From contig CAUZIZ010000007.1 in the NCBI GenBank assembly GCA_963579905.1, forward strand, positions 1,462 to 65,461: 64,000 nucleotides of DNA, in the 5' to 3' direction. Under the pieces are notes generated by a model. The model worked only from the letters and a program-made list of their open reading frames with translations. It searched no databases and was not told where the DNA came from. This stretch comes from Acidobacteria bacterium UBA6911 (GTDB taxonomy: Bacteria > Acidobacteriota > UBA6911 > RPQK01 > JAJDTT01). The translations under genes and the position numbers were made by a program. Below are positions 51,701 through 60,443 of this stretch, piece after piece; position 1 is the first letter of the stretch; every line of letters begins with the position of its first letter.

Positions 51701-52078
51701 CTGTGCGTCATGCGGACAGGCCACTTCTCGCCGTTGTATGCATCCTGGAGCAACGATGATGGAAGGACCTGGAGCGAGCCCCGGTACACCGGTTTGGATC
51801 GTGGATGCGATCCCCAACTGCTGATGCTGGAAGACGGGAGGATCCTCCTCAGCTATGGCGAGCGATTCCCAGCCGGTTCCTATTTGCAACCCAAAAAGAG
51901 AGGCGCACTCGTGAAATTCGCGCTCAGCGAAGACGCAGGAGCAAGCTGGCGGGTCGCCACAATCGCTGAGAACATGGGCTCCTCCTACTCGACCGTCATC
52001 GAGGTGGAACCCAATCTGATCTTCTGCCAGGCGGATGGTAAATTCTGGAGAGTGCAGCTAAAACCTCGCAGCTTCTGA
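48779..52078 (+). CDS. Secreted multidomain protein: GH32/43/130-like propeller, LamG-like domain, Asp-box sialidase-like domain
   Basis: LCLDDYLI, ATSKDGVHW, SRDGIRW, LRKDGFASL; LAATYDRGHVELFLDG..GLVDDI (LamG); SQDQGRTW, SNDDGRTW, SEDAGASW. Confidence 0.8.
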   Translation: MMKDWLARRVLLAVSLFCASTAFFITGIAAPKSLGDLTGPWQLCLDDYLIQEKSGVVRRYHPFEKHASNPVLKPDQPWEGEVAYLFGSVLPNESRTGYRMWYHTHRGYRNLYATSKDGVHWVKPELGIAEFNGSRANNIFIERPKESHLPIIIHTPWETDPNRGYKLIYYDYGRTDAKHPVSGFYGAYSPDGIHWSKELPEPILPDPGDVGNFVWDPNRSRYIGYAKIFAAVRGFRRRSIGFTSTSDFEHWPPTELVLTPDEVDDRWVESDRQHTDFYGLAAFPYESMYLGFLWVFRITEGTNDGPIHLELVSSRDGIRWKRQEGDRPPMLALGSAGRWDGGMLHTATQPLVSGDTINLFYGASDQTHSSSIAGGWGNCAIGLATLRKDGFASLDAGAEIATITTRPIDNLQGRLYLNADARNGWIKVEILDDAGKVVPGFGLDECQPLKEDAVKQGVSWGQLQALPPAKAPRRVRFQLQNASLYAFRADQPVSLATAPEPLKILLDFEDDGDSPIADKAVADGRQKTRLYHSARVIQDQGKAARGTGALEFGGSGITHDALEILDTKDLGEQFTLAVRLNAQQRKGQRRSFTARPMRLFSSYRGSGKPTSGELIFDFDARAGSLRFIWNGQTVTSRSGWIQKNQYYHLAATYDRGHVELFLDGENVGEGDLLPGTAHLYYDGTVLRHLSSASNTPQVGVHLGSNLRVGQDLEGVFVTHKNLDQSSSENQLFGLVDDILVQQGPPEFPLSGRLAEDSDFVQAIGEIQTYGVGGAMGKGGWARSFQGLDGTIFLQGEKKSTDGGKTFVDHSGPSFEEILRIPEGVIHNRSGLFYAVDGPVDLKSQGVYSVKAWRSTNGFRTLETEESTVRIPGGPGRQRKPDEWYGFYFYRNMVELPNGTFLTTMEGNLEKDKLPPNDRRSASEALYMQRTIVVTSQDQGRTWDYLSTVAVPVPGDPVGEGFDEPTILRLPDGQILCVMRTGHFSPLYASWSNDDGRTWSEPRYTGLDRGCDPQLLMLEDGRILLSYGERFPAGSYLQPKKRGALVKFALSEDAGASWRVATIAENMGSSYSTVIEVEPNLIFCQADGKFWRVQLKPRSF

Positions 52079-52093
52079 GTTCCCCTGCACACC

Positions 52094-52378
52094 CTAAGCT
52101 GAAACTTCAAAGAATTCGTCGCACGTCCGAACGTCTAAACGTCGCACGTCTCCTGTCCCCCGAAGGTGCCGCCAACGGGTGAACTACCAGCGTTACGAAG
52201 TCAAGTCCGACAGAGCCGCGAACGACTTGAGCCGTTAGCAAAATGAGCCCAGGTTCCGAGGAGAGAGCCGGACAACTCTTCCCCACGCAGTGACGCACAA
52301 ATCCCCAGTAGCCGGGAGTTTCTTTCTCGAATGGGGCCAGCGCTTCCTGGGGGCGGGATTGACCGGAAACTTCATTGG
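52094..52378 (+). repeat. Dispersed repeat family, long copy C
   Basis: Highly similar to 14004-14259 with small insertions. Confidence 0.9.
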
Positions 52379-52578
52379 CAAATGTAGCTTCGGCCTCTAG
52401 TCCAAAGTATTTTTTCGAGCCTTTGGCTCGGATGGCGCCCTGGAGCCCACCACGACTCCGGACCCAAAGTTTTCTTGTAAAATGATACGGCTCGCAGCCG
52501 GGGGAGGGGCCGAGCTGAATCCGAGGCAGATTGATCGAGCCCTTTATGGTAGAAACATTGGCACCAAGGAGATTCTCT

Positions 52579-54009
52579 ATGAAGCTATCGTTTCTGCTCT
52601 TGAGCGCGGCGTTCATCTTTCAATCTTTTCCGCTTCTCGGCGAGGAAGCGTGGTCCCGGTTCAGAGGCCCTAATGGAAGCGGTGTATCCCAGTCTGGCAG
52701 ATTGCCAACCAAGTTCGGACCCGAGGAAGGCGTCTCGTGGAAGACCGACCTGCCTCCCGGACATTCGTCCCCCGTTTTCTCCGGCGACTCTATTTTCTTG
52801 ACTGGATTCGGTGACGATCAAGTCATGACGCTGGCGCTGGATCGGAGGACAGGGATAGTTCGCTGGAAGAGCGAGACCCCGAAAATCCACCGCGGAAATC
52901 TTCACGAAGTCAACTCTCCGGCCTCGCCGAGTCCTGTGACGGACGGTAGCAACGTCTACGTCTTCTTCCAAGACGTGGGACTGCTTTCCTACGACTCCAA
53001 GGGTAGGGAACGTTGGCGGGTCCCGTTAGGCCCCTACAACACACCCTTCGGAATCGCAGCCTCTCCGGTTCTGGCTGGCAGCCAGATTGTGCAGGTCTGC
53101 GACGGCGAGTCCGGTTCCTTCATAGTAGCCGTCGACAAGGACACGGGTCGGCTGAGCTGGCGCGATGAGCGGCCCGGTGTAAGGCGGGGGTTCTCAACCC
53201 CTGTGTTGTATCAACCAGAGGACGATAGTGGGGTTCAGGTCCTAGTGCCCGGAACCAACCGGCTGATTGCCTATGAGGCCCAATCAGGCCAGAAGGTCTG
53301 GTGGGTTGATGGACTTACCTGGCAGATGAAGCCTACACCCGTAATGGACGAGGACTCAATCTACGTGCTGGGCTGGGCCGGTGGGACCAACCTGAGCCGT
53401 AAAGATGCGAACTTCCAGCAAGTTCTGGTGCTACTGGACGGGGATAGCGACGGGAGGATCTCCAAGGAAGAGGCCGATAAAGGCACCGATCCCAAGATTC
53501 TGAAAGGGTGGAAGGATGTCGAGGATCTTGACGGGAGCGGCTATTTCGAAGAGAGAGACTGGGATCTGCATCAGCGAAAGCGCACCTCGGTCAACTCTAT
53601 CCAGAAGATTCGTCTGGGCGGGAAGGGGAATATGACGGTGCAGTCGGCCGGCTGGAGATACCAGAAGAGCCTCCCCAACGTGCCCTCCCCGCTTCTCTAC
53701 CAGGACGTCATCTACATGGTGAAGGATGGAGCCATCGTGACCTCCCTGGATCCGTCCAATGGTGAAGTCCTGAAACAGGGGCGGTCCAAAGAGGCGATGA
53801 GTCGCTACTTCGCCTCTCCGGTGGGTGGGGATGGAAAGGTTTATCTGGTGAGCGAGGCCGGCGAGGTGTCGGTGCTCAAGGCAGCCCCAGAGTGGGAAGT
53901 GCTCCAGGTAAACCGTATGGGCGAACCCTGTTATTCCACGCCCGCTCTGGTGGATGGCAAGATCTACCTGCGCACCGAGAGCGCGCTGTATTGCTTTGAC
54001 CAGGATTGA
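52579..54009 (+). CDS. PQQ-binding-like (BamB-type) beta-propeller protein with EF-hand-like insert
   Basis: WSRFRGPNGSG, GHSSPV, ASPSPVTDG, FASPV, YSTPA; DGDSDGRISKEE and DLDGSGYFEERD. Confidence 0.88.
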   Translation: MKLSFLLLSAAFIFQSFPLLGEEAWSRFRGPNGSGVSQSGRLPTKFGPEEGVSWKTDLPPGHSSPVFSGDSIFLTGFGDDQVMTLALDRRTGIVRWKSETPKIHRGNLHEVNSPASPSPVTDGSNVYVFFQDVGLLSYDSKGRERWRVPLGPYNTPFGIAASPVLAGSQIVQVCDGESGSFIVAVDKDTGRLSWRDERPGVRRGFSTPVLYQPEDDSGVQVLVPGTNRLIAYEAQSGQKVWWVDGLTWQMKPTPVMDEDSIYVLGWAGGTNLSRKDANFQQVLVLLDGDSDGRISKEEADKGTDPKILKGWKDVEDLDGSGYFEERDWDLHQRKRTSVNSIQKIRLGGKGNMTVQSAGWRYQKSLPNVPSPLLYQDVIYMVKDGAIVTSLDPSNGEVLKQGRSKEAMSRYFASPVGGDGKVYLVSEAGEVSVLKAAPEWEVLQVNRMGEPCYSTPALVDGKIYLRTESALYCFDQD

Positions 54010-54038
54010 AATAGTGAGCAGTAAGCAGTCCCAGATAA

Positions 54039-54388
54039 TGAAGGGGGTCCAATGGCAACCTGGAAACCCTGGATTGGCCGATACCTCCTGGTGCGAGACT
54101 AAGGGGAAAAGAATTCCGGAGTGGTGGCCCGCGGTCGTTTTCGGATGGCCTGCAGTAATTGTTTCTCTGCTTCTAGCCGGATATGGGGTCAGAGCGGGAC
54201 GTCCTATTCTGCCTCTCATATCAGCTGTCTTGATGGCGCCGCTTGGTTACTACCTGGCCGGGGCACAGAGCTGGCTGGGGTTTGCAGGGCCCGGCATCCT
54301 GCTTAGCCTCGTTGCTTGCTGCCTACGTCATCAGACGGGGTCTGACCTGGTTGGCCTGGTGTTTGGCTCCTTCCCTTCACCGCTGTGA
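54039..54388 (+). pseudogene. Small multi-TM membrane protein, possibly frameshifted near 54310
   Basis: Hydrophobic WWPAVVFGWPAVIVSLLL...; the hydrophobic continuation LLAAYVIRRGLTWLAW is in another frame. Confidence 0.4.
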
Positions 54389-54677
54389 TGGTTTGGCTGG
54401 CGCTCAGTGTAATTCGAGAGTGAAGACATTGAAGTGCATCTGGCCCCGCTGGCGGCACTGTCGAACCACAACTGCAAGCCGGTTCACTCGAGAACGTGGA
54501 GCTTCTCTGATCGCCCAAGCGTCTTCTGCAGAGGGAGTGGTTGGGATGGTAGAATCGATAGGTTCGTTACGATTTGGGAGGAGCCTTAGAGAAGCTCGTT
54601 GCTGGAAGTCGTGAGTTCGTGCTCACTCTTCACAGTACCATGACTCAGGCCGGACCACTTCACCACTAGGCTGGAAT

Positions 54678-55385
54678 ATGCATTATCTTTTTCTGTTCAT
54701 CGGTGTGTGTCTCTTTCTGGAAACCTTAGGCGCACAGCAAGTCTGGAAGATCTCGGATCAGGAACGGGACATTCAGATTGACGGGTTCACAGATGATTGG
54801 CAGGGGGTTCCTGCTCTCACGCTTTCTCCGGAGTCGTCGGGTTTGAGGGTGACGGGCGAGTTCGAAGCCGACGATGTGAAGGTTGGGTTGAGAGGCCTGT
54901 GGAACCGAGACAATCTATATATTGCCGTTCACTGGCAGGACAATATCTGGGACATCACGCAGGTGACCCGGCGAGAGGCAGTGTGGGTAACTCCGGACCG
55001 CCGCCGCCGCGACCGGATGCTTTTCTTTGACTATCTCAAGTTCCATATCAGAGAAGCAGACTACGACTTTACGTTCTGGCTTACTCCTCGGATGGATGAC
55101 CGAGGACCGTTCCAGTGGCACCGCTTGCTGGAAGGCTTGAAGGGTATGGAGAGAGCCAGCACCTCTCCGGTAATCACAGGTCGCTATGGAGACGAAGGAG
55201 CCACGCTCGAAATCATGCTTTCCTGGAGGGAGCTCAAGATCAAGCCAAAGCCCGGGACGCAGATTCCTCTGGTCTTGATTCTGGCAGACAGTGATCTCCT
55301 CGGCACTGCCCTTGAGTTTAAGTTGGACCGGTTGAAGTCGCTGGAATGGCAGGGGCGATTGGTTCTCGAGGGTGTTCCTCGGTAG
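54678..55385 (+). CDS. Secreted CBM9/sugar-binding-like domain protein
   Basis: Signal peptide, IQIDGFTDDW, WNRDNLYIAV...D, TLEIMLSW. Confidence 0.7.
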   Translation: MHYLFLFIGVCLFLETLGAQQVWKISDQERDIQIDGFTDDWQGVPALTLSPESSGLRVTGEFEADDVKVGLRGLWNRDNLYIAVHWQDNIWDITQVTRREAVWVTPDRRRRDRMLFFDYLKFHIREADYDFTFWLTPRMDDRGPFQWHRLLEGLKGMERASTSPVITGRYGDEGATLEIMLSWRELKIKPKPGTQIPLVLILADSDLLGTALEFKLDRLKSLEWQGRLVLEGVPR

Positions 55386-55536
55386 GCTGCCGAAACAGAT
55401 GGAGCTGGCGTAGCAATAAGCCAAGCCGGACCAGATCGGAGGGACCGTCTCATGTTTGTCCACTGTACCCTTCTGGGAACATCTTGATCCGCGTTTTGAA
55501 TCCTGATCTGCGATCCGCTGGCTGACTCCGTTCGAC

Positions 55537-56346
55537 ATGTCAATCCTCAAGAAGATCCTTATCACAGGAGCATCTTCGGGTATTGGAGAAGCTGCAGCCT
55601 ATGCTTTCTCGAACCTGGGTTGGGGGTTGTTTCTGGTGGCGCGCAGGAGCGACCGCCTGGATGAAGTTGCCTCAGAATGTGAAAGACGTGGTGCCGCCCG
55701 GACGGTCTGCAAGGAGACCGACTTGAGTGTTTCCGGTGCAGGCGCCACGATCGTAGGCGACTGCCTCGAAGCGCTCGGCGGGCTAGAGGTCACACTCTGT
55801 AACGCGGGCTATGGAATCATAGGGCCGGTCTCTGAAGTTCCAGCAACCGACATGTCCCGGATCTGGCAGGTCAACTTCCAGTCTGCCTATGAGACCATCC
55901 ACGCAGCTCTGCCACACCTGCTTGGCCAGAAGCGAGGCCATATCGTTATGGTGAGCAGTGTGCTGGGTAAGAAGGCGATGCCTTTCTCGGCGGCCTACAG
56001 CGTGACCAAGTTTGCTCAAGTGGCTCTGGGAGAATCTCTTTGGGGAGAACTCAGGGGTAGTGGCGTGGGAGTCAGCGTTATCTGTCCTGGCTATACCGCT
56101 ACAGAATTTCACCAGGCTGCCAAGCGAACCGAGACCATGGCGAAGCTGTCTCGACCCTTCCAGGGACAGAGCTCCGATCGCGTAGCCGAAGTTATCGTCG
56201 AGGCAGTGCTTCGAGGTAAGCGTGAAGTCCACCTGACCTTTCCGGGCCGAATGATCTGCGGGATCGAGCGCCTCTCCCCGGAACTGAGTACGCGGATCAT
56301 GGCCTGGGTGGGTGCGAAACAGAAGAAGCGTTCCGAGATCAATTAG
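55537..56346 (+). CDS. Short-chain dehydrogenase/reductase
   Basis: ITGASSGIG, CNAG, YSVTK. Confidence 0.93.
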   Translation: MSILKKILITGASSGIGEAAAYAFSNLGWGLFLVARRSDRLDEVASECERRGAARTVCKETDLSVSGAGATIVGDCLEALGGLEVTLCNAGYGIIGPVSEVPATDMSRIWQVNFQSAYETIHAALPHLLGQKRGHIVMVSSVLGKKAMPFSAAYSVTKFAQVALGESLWGELRGSGVGVSVICPGYTATEFHQAAKRTETMAKLSRPFQGQSSDRVAEVIVEAVLRGKREVHLTFPGRMICGIERLSPELSTRIMAWVGAKQKKRSEIN

Positions 56347-56671
56347 GGCGGCAGCTGACACAGGAGCAGAGGCCCCTCAGAAACTCGAAGGTGTAGATCC
56401 CACTCGAGTGGCCGTCGTCCCACCAGACCCGAATCGCGTATCTTCCGACCAACTCGACGGATTTGGGACTAACCGTGTTCGAAACCTGTTCATCCTGCAA
56501 GACTCGCTGGCCCGTCATTTCGTCTACGCAGGAGGCACAGGGGCACTGCAGGCGTAAAAAGCAAGCCTCGAAAAGGCTTTCGTGCCCATCGTTCCAAATG
56601 ATATGCACATCACGTTCGCCGGACCGGGAGACTTTCCGGGGGATCGGTTTGTTCTGGGGACTCGCTGGCAT
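56339..56671 (-). CDS. DUF971 (GBBH-like N-terminal) protein
   Basis: WNDGHES, LRLQCPCASC, VGRYAI...WDDGHSSGIYTFE.L. Confidence 0.9.
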   Translation of the reverse strand: MPASPQNKPIPRKVSRSGERDVHIIWNDGHESLFEACFLRLQCPCASCVDEMTGQRVLQDEQVSNTVSPKSVELVGRYAIRVWWDDGHSSGIYTFEFLRGLCSCVSCRPN

Positions 56672-56733
56672 TTCCAACCGCTCTGATCGACTACCCGTTT
56701 TGCTTGTCGTCAGGAAGACCCAGTCGAGTTGGA

Positions 56734-57819
56734 TCAAAAGGAAATCTGGATTTCCTGCTCGACTTGCCCCGACATATTCTTAATGCTGATCTGGGCAGCC
56801 ATATTCTCGGCAACACTCTGGAACGCCTCGGCCTGCTGCGACTCGGGATCGGCCAGCACAATCGGTTTGCCTTCGTCGGACTGCACTCGAATAGAAGTAG
56901 AAAGCGGGATCTCTCCAAGGTAGGGTGTCTCCAGTTGATCCGCCAGTCTGCGAGTTCCCCCGCTCCCGAAGATATCGTCACGCTCGCCACAATGTGGGCA
57001 GGTGTAATAACTCATGTTCTCAACCATGCCCAGAATAGGACAATTCAGCTGGTTGAACATGGCGATGGCTTTCTGGGCTACGTTCAGTGCTACATCCTGG
57101 GGTGTTGAGACGACCACCGCTCCCGTGAGGGAAATCTTCTGGCATAGGCTCAACTGAATGTCACCGGTTCCGGGGGGAAGGTCGATGATCAAGTAGTCCA
57201 GACTGCCCCACTGAACACCCCCAAGAAACTGGGAGATCATCTTGTCCAGCATCGGTCCTCGCCAGATCACGGCCTTCTCCTGGGGCAGGAAGAACCCCAT
57301 CGAGATGACTTTGACACCATAACGGTTTACAGGAATCATCTGCTTGTTGGGGCCCATCACGGGCTGTTCAGCAATCCCCATAAGGGTGGGAATACTGGGG
57401 CCGTACACATCGGCATCCATCAGTCCGACGCTGGCTCCGGTACGGGCCAGCGCCAGTGCCAGGTTTGCGCTAACTGTTGACTTGCCGACTCCTCCTTTGC
57501 CACTGGCCACCGGTACGACGTTTTTTACCTCAGGAAGGAGAGCCGCAGCCTTCTGGTTCATGGTGGAGCGAACCTGCGCGGTCATATGGACATCGACCTG
57601 TTCGAACTGCGGCAAGGACAGGATGGCTTGTCGAGCCTGCTCCTTCAGCTGATCCTTCACAGGACAGGCAGGAGTCGTAAGCTCGATTGTCACCGACGCG
57701 GCGGCGCCACAGACCTTGATGTCCTTGACGAATCCGAGTGAGACGATGTCCCGGCGAAGATCCGGATCTTGCACGCTCTTCAGCACGCCCAGAATTGCAA
57801 CCTTTTCAGCTTCTTTCAT
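56734..57819 (-). CDS. mrp: Mrp/NBP35 Fe-S cluster carrier ATPase with N-terminal DUF59 domain
   Basis: VQDPDLRRDIVSLGFV, LTTPACP, ASGKGGVGKST, WRGPM, DLPPGTGD, CPHC. Confidence 0.95.
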   Translation of the reverse strand: MKEAEKVAILGVLKSVQDPDLRRDIVSLGFVKDIKVCGAAASVTIELTTPACPVKDQLKEQARQAILSLPQFEQVDVHMTAQVRSTMNQKAAALLPEVKNVVPVASGKGGVGKSTVSANLALALARTGASVGLMDADVYGPSIPTLMGIAEQPVMGPNKQMIPVNRYGVKVISMGFFLPQEKAVIWRGPMLDKMISQFLGGVQWGSLDYLIIDLPPGTGDIQLSLCQKISLTGAVVVSTPQDVALNVAQKAIAMFNQLNCPILGMVENMSYYTCPHCGERDDIFGSGGTRRLADQLETPYLGEIPLSTSIRVQSDEGKPIVLADPESQQAEAFQSVAENMAAQISIKNMSGQVEQEIQISF

Positions 57820-57820
57820 T

Positions 57821-58339
57821 TTATAGACTCCGACTTTTTTTCCAGTACAACCAAAAAATTGCCACCAACGTCTTGGCATCTACGATCTGGCCTGACTGGC
57901 ACAGTTCAAGCGCTTCCTCCAACCGATACATTTCGATGGATATATCTTCGTCGAACTCAGGGTTGGGTTCCACCACCTGCATCTGGTTGCAATAGTATAA
58001 ATGCAGAATCTCGTCGCAGAAGCCCGGCGTCGAATAGAAGCTGAAGAGGTGCTCCAGCTGTCCGGGACGTAGACCGGTTTCCTCTTCCAGCTCTCTAGCT
58101 GCCGCCGCTGCGGGCTTCTCACCGCCATCCAGTTTACCTGCTGGAAGCTCCAGCAGCTGCCTCTGCATAGGATACCGAAGTTGCCGAACGAAGGGGATCC
58201 TGCCATCAGGGAACTCGGCCAGTATGACGACGCCACCCGGATGGCGAACCACTTCCCGAAGGCACTCCTCACCCTGGATTTCGATCTGATCGACAATGAG
58301 TTCAACGATTTTTCCGGAGTAGATGTGCTTGCGTAGCAC
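57821..58339 (-). CDS. NUDIX hydrolase (ADP-ribose pyrophosphatase-like)
   Basis: PAGKLDGGEKPAAAAARELEEETG Nudix box; QLRYP; IVDAKT. Confidence 0.92.
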   Translation of the reverse strand: MLRKHIYSGKIVELIVDQIEIQGEECLREVVRHPGGVVILAEFPDGRIPFVRQLRYPMQRQLLELPAGKLDGGEKPAAAAARELEEETGLRPGQLEHLFSFYSTPGFCDEILHLYYCNQMQVVEPNPEFDEDISIEMYRLEEALELCQSGQIVDAKTLVAIFWLYWKKSRSL

Positions 58340-58342
58340 CTA

Positions 58343-59311
58343 TTAGCTGACCTCGATGAAAATCTTACCCGGAATCTTTCGGGTATACATCTTCACCTCT
58401 CGGGCAGATTCTCGATCTTCCGATCCCGACTGGTAGAACATCACATAGTGGCTCTTCATCTCTCGGATGATGTCAGTGTAGATCTCGTTGAGGTCCTGGA
58501 ATTCCTGGGAAAAGATGGTGCGCCCGCCGAAGCGCAAGGTCTGATCTACGAAGCGGTTCTGCAAGACGATGAAGTTGTGGAACTCACGACTGATGGACCG
58601 TCGGATCGGCGACTCTCGCTTGCCCAACTTCTTCCGATAGCGCTGGATGAACCGGTTGGTATAGATGATGGGATAGATAGTGATACCCGTTTGGCGAGCT
58701 TCCGAAATCATGTCTTCGAAGTTCGCCTTGCTCGTGGTGTCTATCCCGTCCGTGATCAGCATTATCAGCTTCTTTCCCGACCGTTCCTTGAGCACGTTCT
58801 GGGCAACCCAGATCACCGAATCATGCAGGGCAGTCTGTCCGTCTGTCCTCAGATCCTCAAAGTAGGATGAGAGACTGGCAGGCTTTTCTTCCCAGTCCAG
58901 AATGACGCGTGGAGTTCTTGAGAACGCCACAAATGCCGCTTGCTCCTGCTCCAATCCAGCGAAGAAGTCCAGCGCCGTACCAAGAGCATCATCGAGGTAA
59001 TTTTCGATGCTCCAGCTGGTGTCCAACATGACTACAGCGCTGATAAGTACCTCCTGCTCTTTGAGCACTGCGATATTTTGAGGCTTCCCATTCTCCAAGA
59101 TGACGACGTCCTCCATGGATAGGTCGCGAATGAAGCTGCCCTCCGAATCGCGAACCAGGAAGCTGACCTGGATGTGCTCCAACTCCATGGTCACCTGGAT
59201 GTTTTCAATCTGGAAATCGCCTTGATCCTTAGGGTCTTTCTCGGTGGGAACGGCAGATACGCCTTGAAAAATCAGACCCCAGAGAACTACACAGATGCCC
59301 CATTCTCTCAT
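58343..59311 (-). CDS. VWA domain protein (Acidobacterial VWFA-related)
   Basis: LDTSWS MIDAS, GQTALHDSV, ITDGID, EMKSHY. Confidence 0.85.
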   Translation of the reverse strand: MREWGICVVLWGLIFQGVSAVPTEKDPKDQGDFQIENIQVTMELEHIQVSFLVRDSEGSFIRDLSMEDVVILENGKPQNIAVLKEQEVLISAVVMLDTSWSIENYLDDALGTALDFFAGLEQEQAAFVAFSRTPRVILDWEEKPASLSSYFEDLRTDGQTALHDSVIWVAQNVLKERSGKKLIMLITDGIDTTSKANFEDMISEARQTGITIYPIIYTNRFIQRYRKKLGKRESPIRRSISREFHNFIVLQNRFVDQTLRFGGRTIFSQEFQDLNEIYTDIIREMKSHYVMFYQSGSEDRESAREVKMYTRKIPGKIFIEVS

Positions 59312-59592
59312 GACAAACCTCATCCCGCAGACGAACCTGAGATTACCCCATGCTAAGGCCAAGCAGTGTCAAAGACAAGTTCGATTGTGGACTGTGAGCA
59401 GCCTCGAAGACGTGACGGAAGAGTACTCCATTCTTGCAAGTGGATCACCTATCTTCGTTGGGCCCTTCCGGACGGCGCTCAGCGACCAGGCATCGGTTTG
59501 AATAGAAAGCCACATCTACGTTAAGCTTTCAGAAGGCAACCAGCCCGCATCCAATGTGAAACATTGCGCTGTGAAGTAGGTCCGACGGTCAA

Positions 59593-60147
59593 ATGAAGTA
59601 TTTCAATTCACTCAACATCCTGCTGGCTGGCCTCTCTGTCTTGTTGGTAGGGTATGCGATGATCCAGACCATCTGGAAGCCTGAAGCAAAACCGCAGCTA
59701 AACATTCCGAGTCAATCCAGCGAACCGCGTAGCTCCTCAAGGCCGACCGGTTCGCTTTCTCCGGCCACCGAGCGGAGAAATCTGGGTGCTCGACGGATCT
59801 CTGCCCCTGGTACGAGGCCACGCGACCCCATCCAGGCTCCAGGCCAGGCCGTGGCACCTGCTCCTTCGGCCAGTATCCCTGTTGGGGTGCCTCCTCGTTC
59901 TGAGACCACGAGCGTAATCTCGACTTCAGGTGCGCCCACCAACACAGGACGGGAAGCCAAGGACTCGCCCTCAGCGCAGCCTCGTCCCCAGGCCGTGGGA
60001 AAGAGCCGTCCCGCGCGTCAGACCCGTCCCCTCTCTCGACCTTATTCAGGGCGCCCGGGCTTTGCTGGAGAGGCGAAAAGAGGCAGTCAAGACGGGCCTG
60101 CGTCTCCGCCGGTGCGCTCGTCCTTTCCTGCCCAGCGCTTGCCCTGA
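59593..60147 (+). CDS. Membrane-anchored Pro/Ser/Arg-rich low-complexity hypothetical protein
   Basis: N-terminal TM helix followed by a disordered tail. Confidence 0.6.
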   Translation: MKYFNSLNILLAGLSVLLVGYAMIQTIWKPEAKPQLNIPSQSSEPRSSSRPTGSLSPATERRNLGARRISAPGTRPRDPIQAPGQAVAPAPSASIPVGVPPRSETTSVISTSGAPTNTGREAKDSPSAQPRPQAVGKSRPARQTRPLSRPYSGRPGFAGEAKRGSQDGPASPPVRSSFPAQRLP

Positions 60148-60157
60148 TCTAGCTATT

Positions 60158-60427
60158 CTAAGCTGGAACTTCAAGAATTCGTCGCACGTCTGAACGTCGC
60201 ACGTCTCCTGTCCTCCGAAGGTGCCACCAACGGGTGAACTACCAGCGTTACGAAGCCAAGTCCAACAGAGCCGAGAACAACTTGAGCCGTTAGCAAAATG
60301 AGCCCAGGTTCCGAGGAGAGAGCCGGACAACTCTTCCCCACGCAGTGACAGCACGATATCGCCTATTCTCGACCAAAGTTTCGCTCTCGAATGGGGCAGC
60401 GTAGCGGAGAGGGAACTGACCTGAAAC
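60158..60427 (+). repeat. Dispersed repeat family, long copy D
   Basis: Highly similar to copies A and C; the 3' module matches copy B. Confidence 0.9.
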
Positions 60428-60443
60428 TGCTCACTAATTCCAG

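Noticed and set aside
52107-52616. ORFs sharing PALSSEPGLILLTAQVVRGSVGL (also 14018, 40532, 60046)
   Set aside because: They are antisense translations of the dispersed repeat; frames and starts differ between copies
14004-60427. Repeats as a CRISPR array
   Set aside because: Copies are dispersed and 110-290 bp long, with no regular repeat-spacer periodicity and no cas genes
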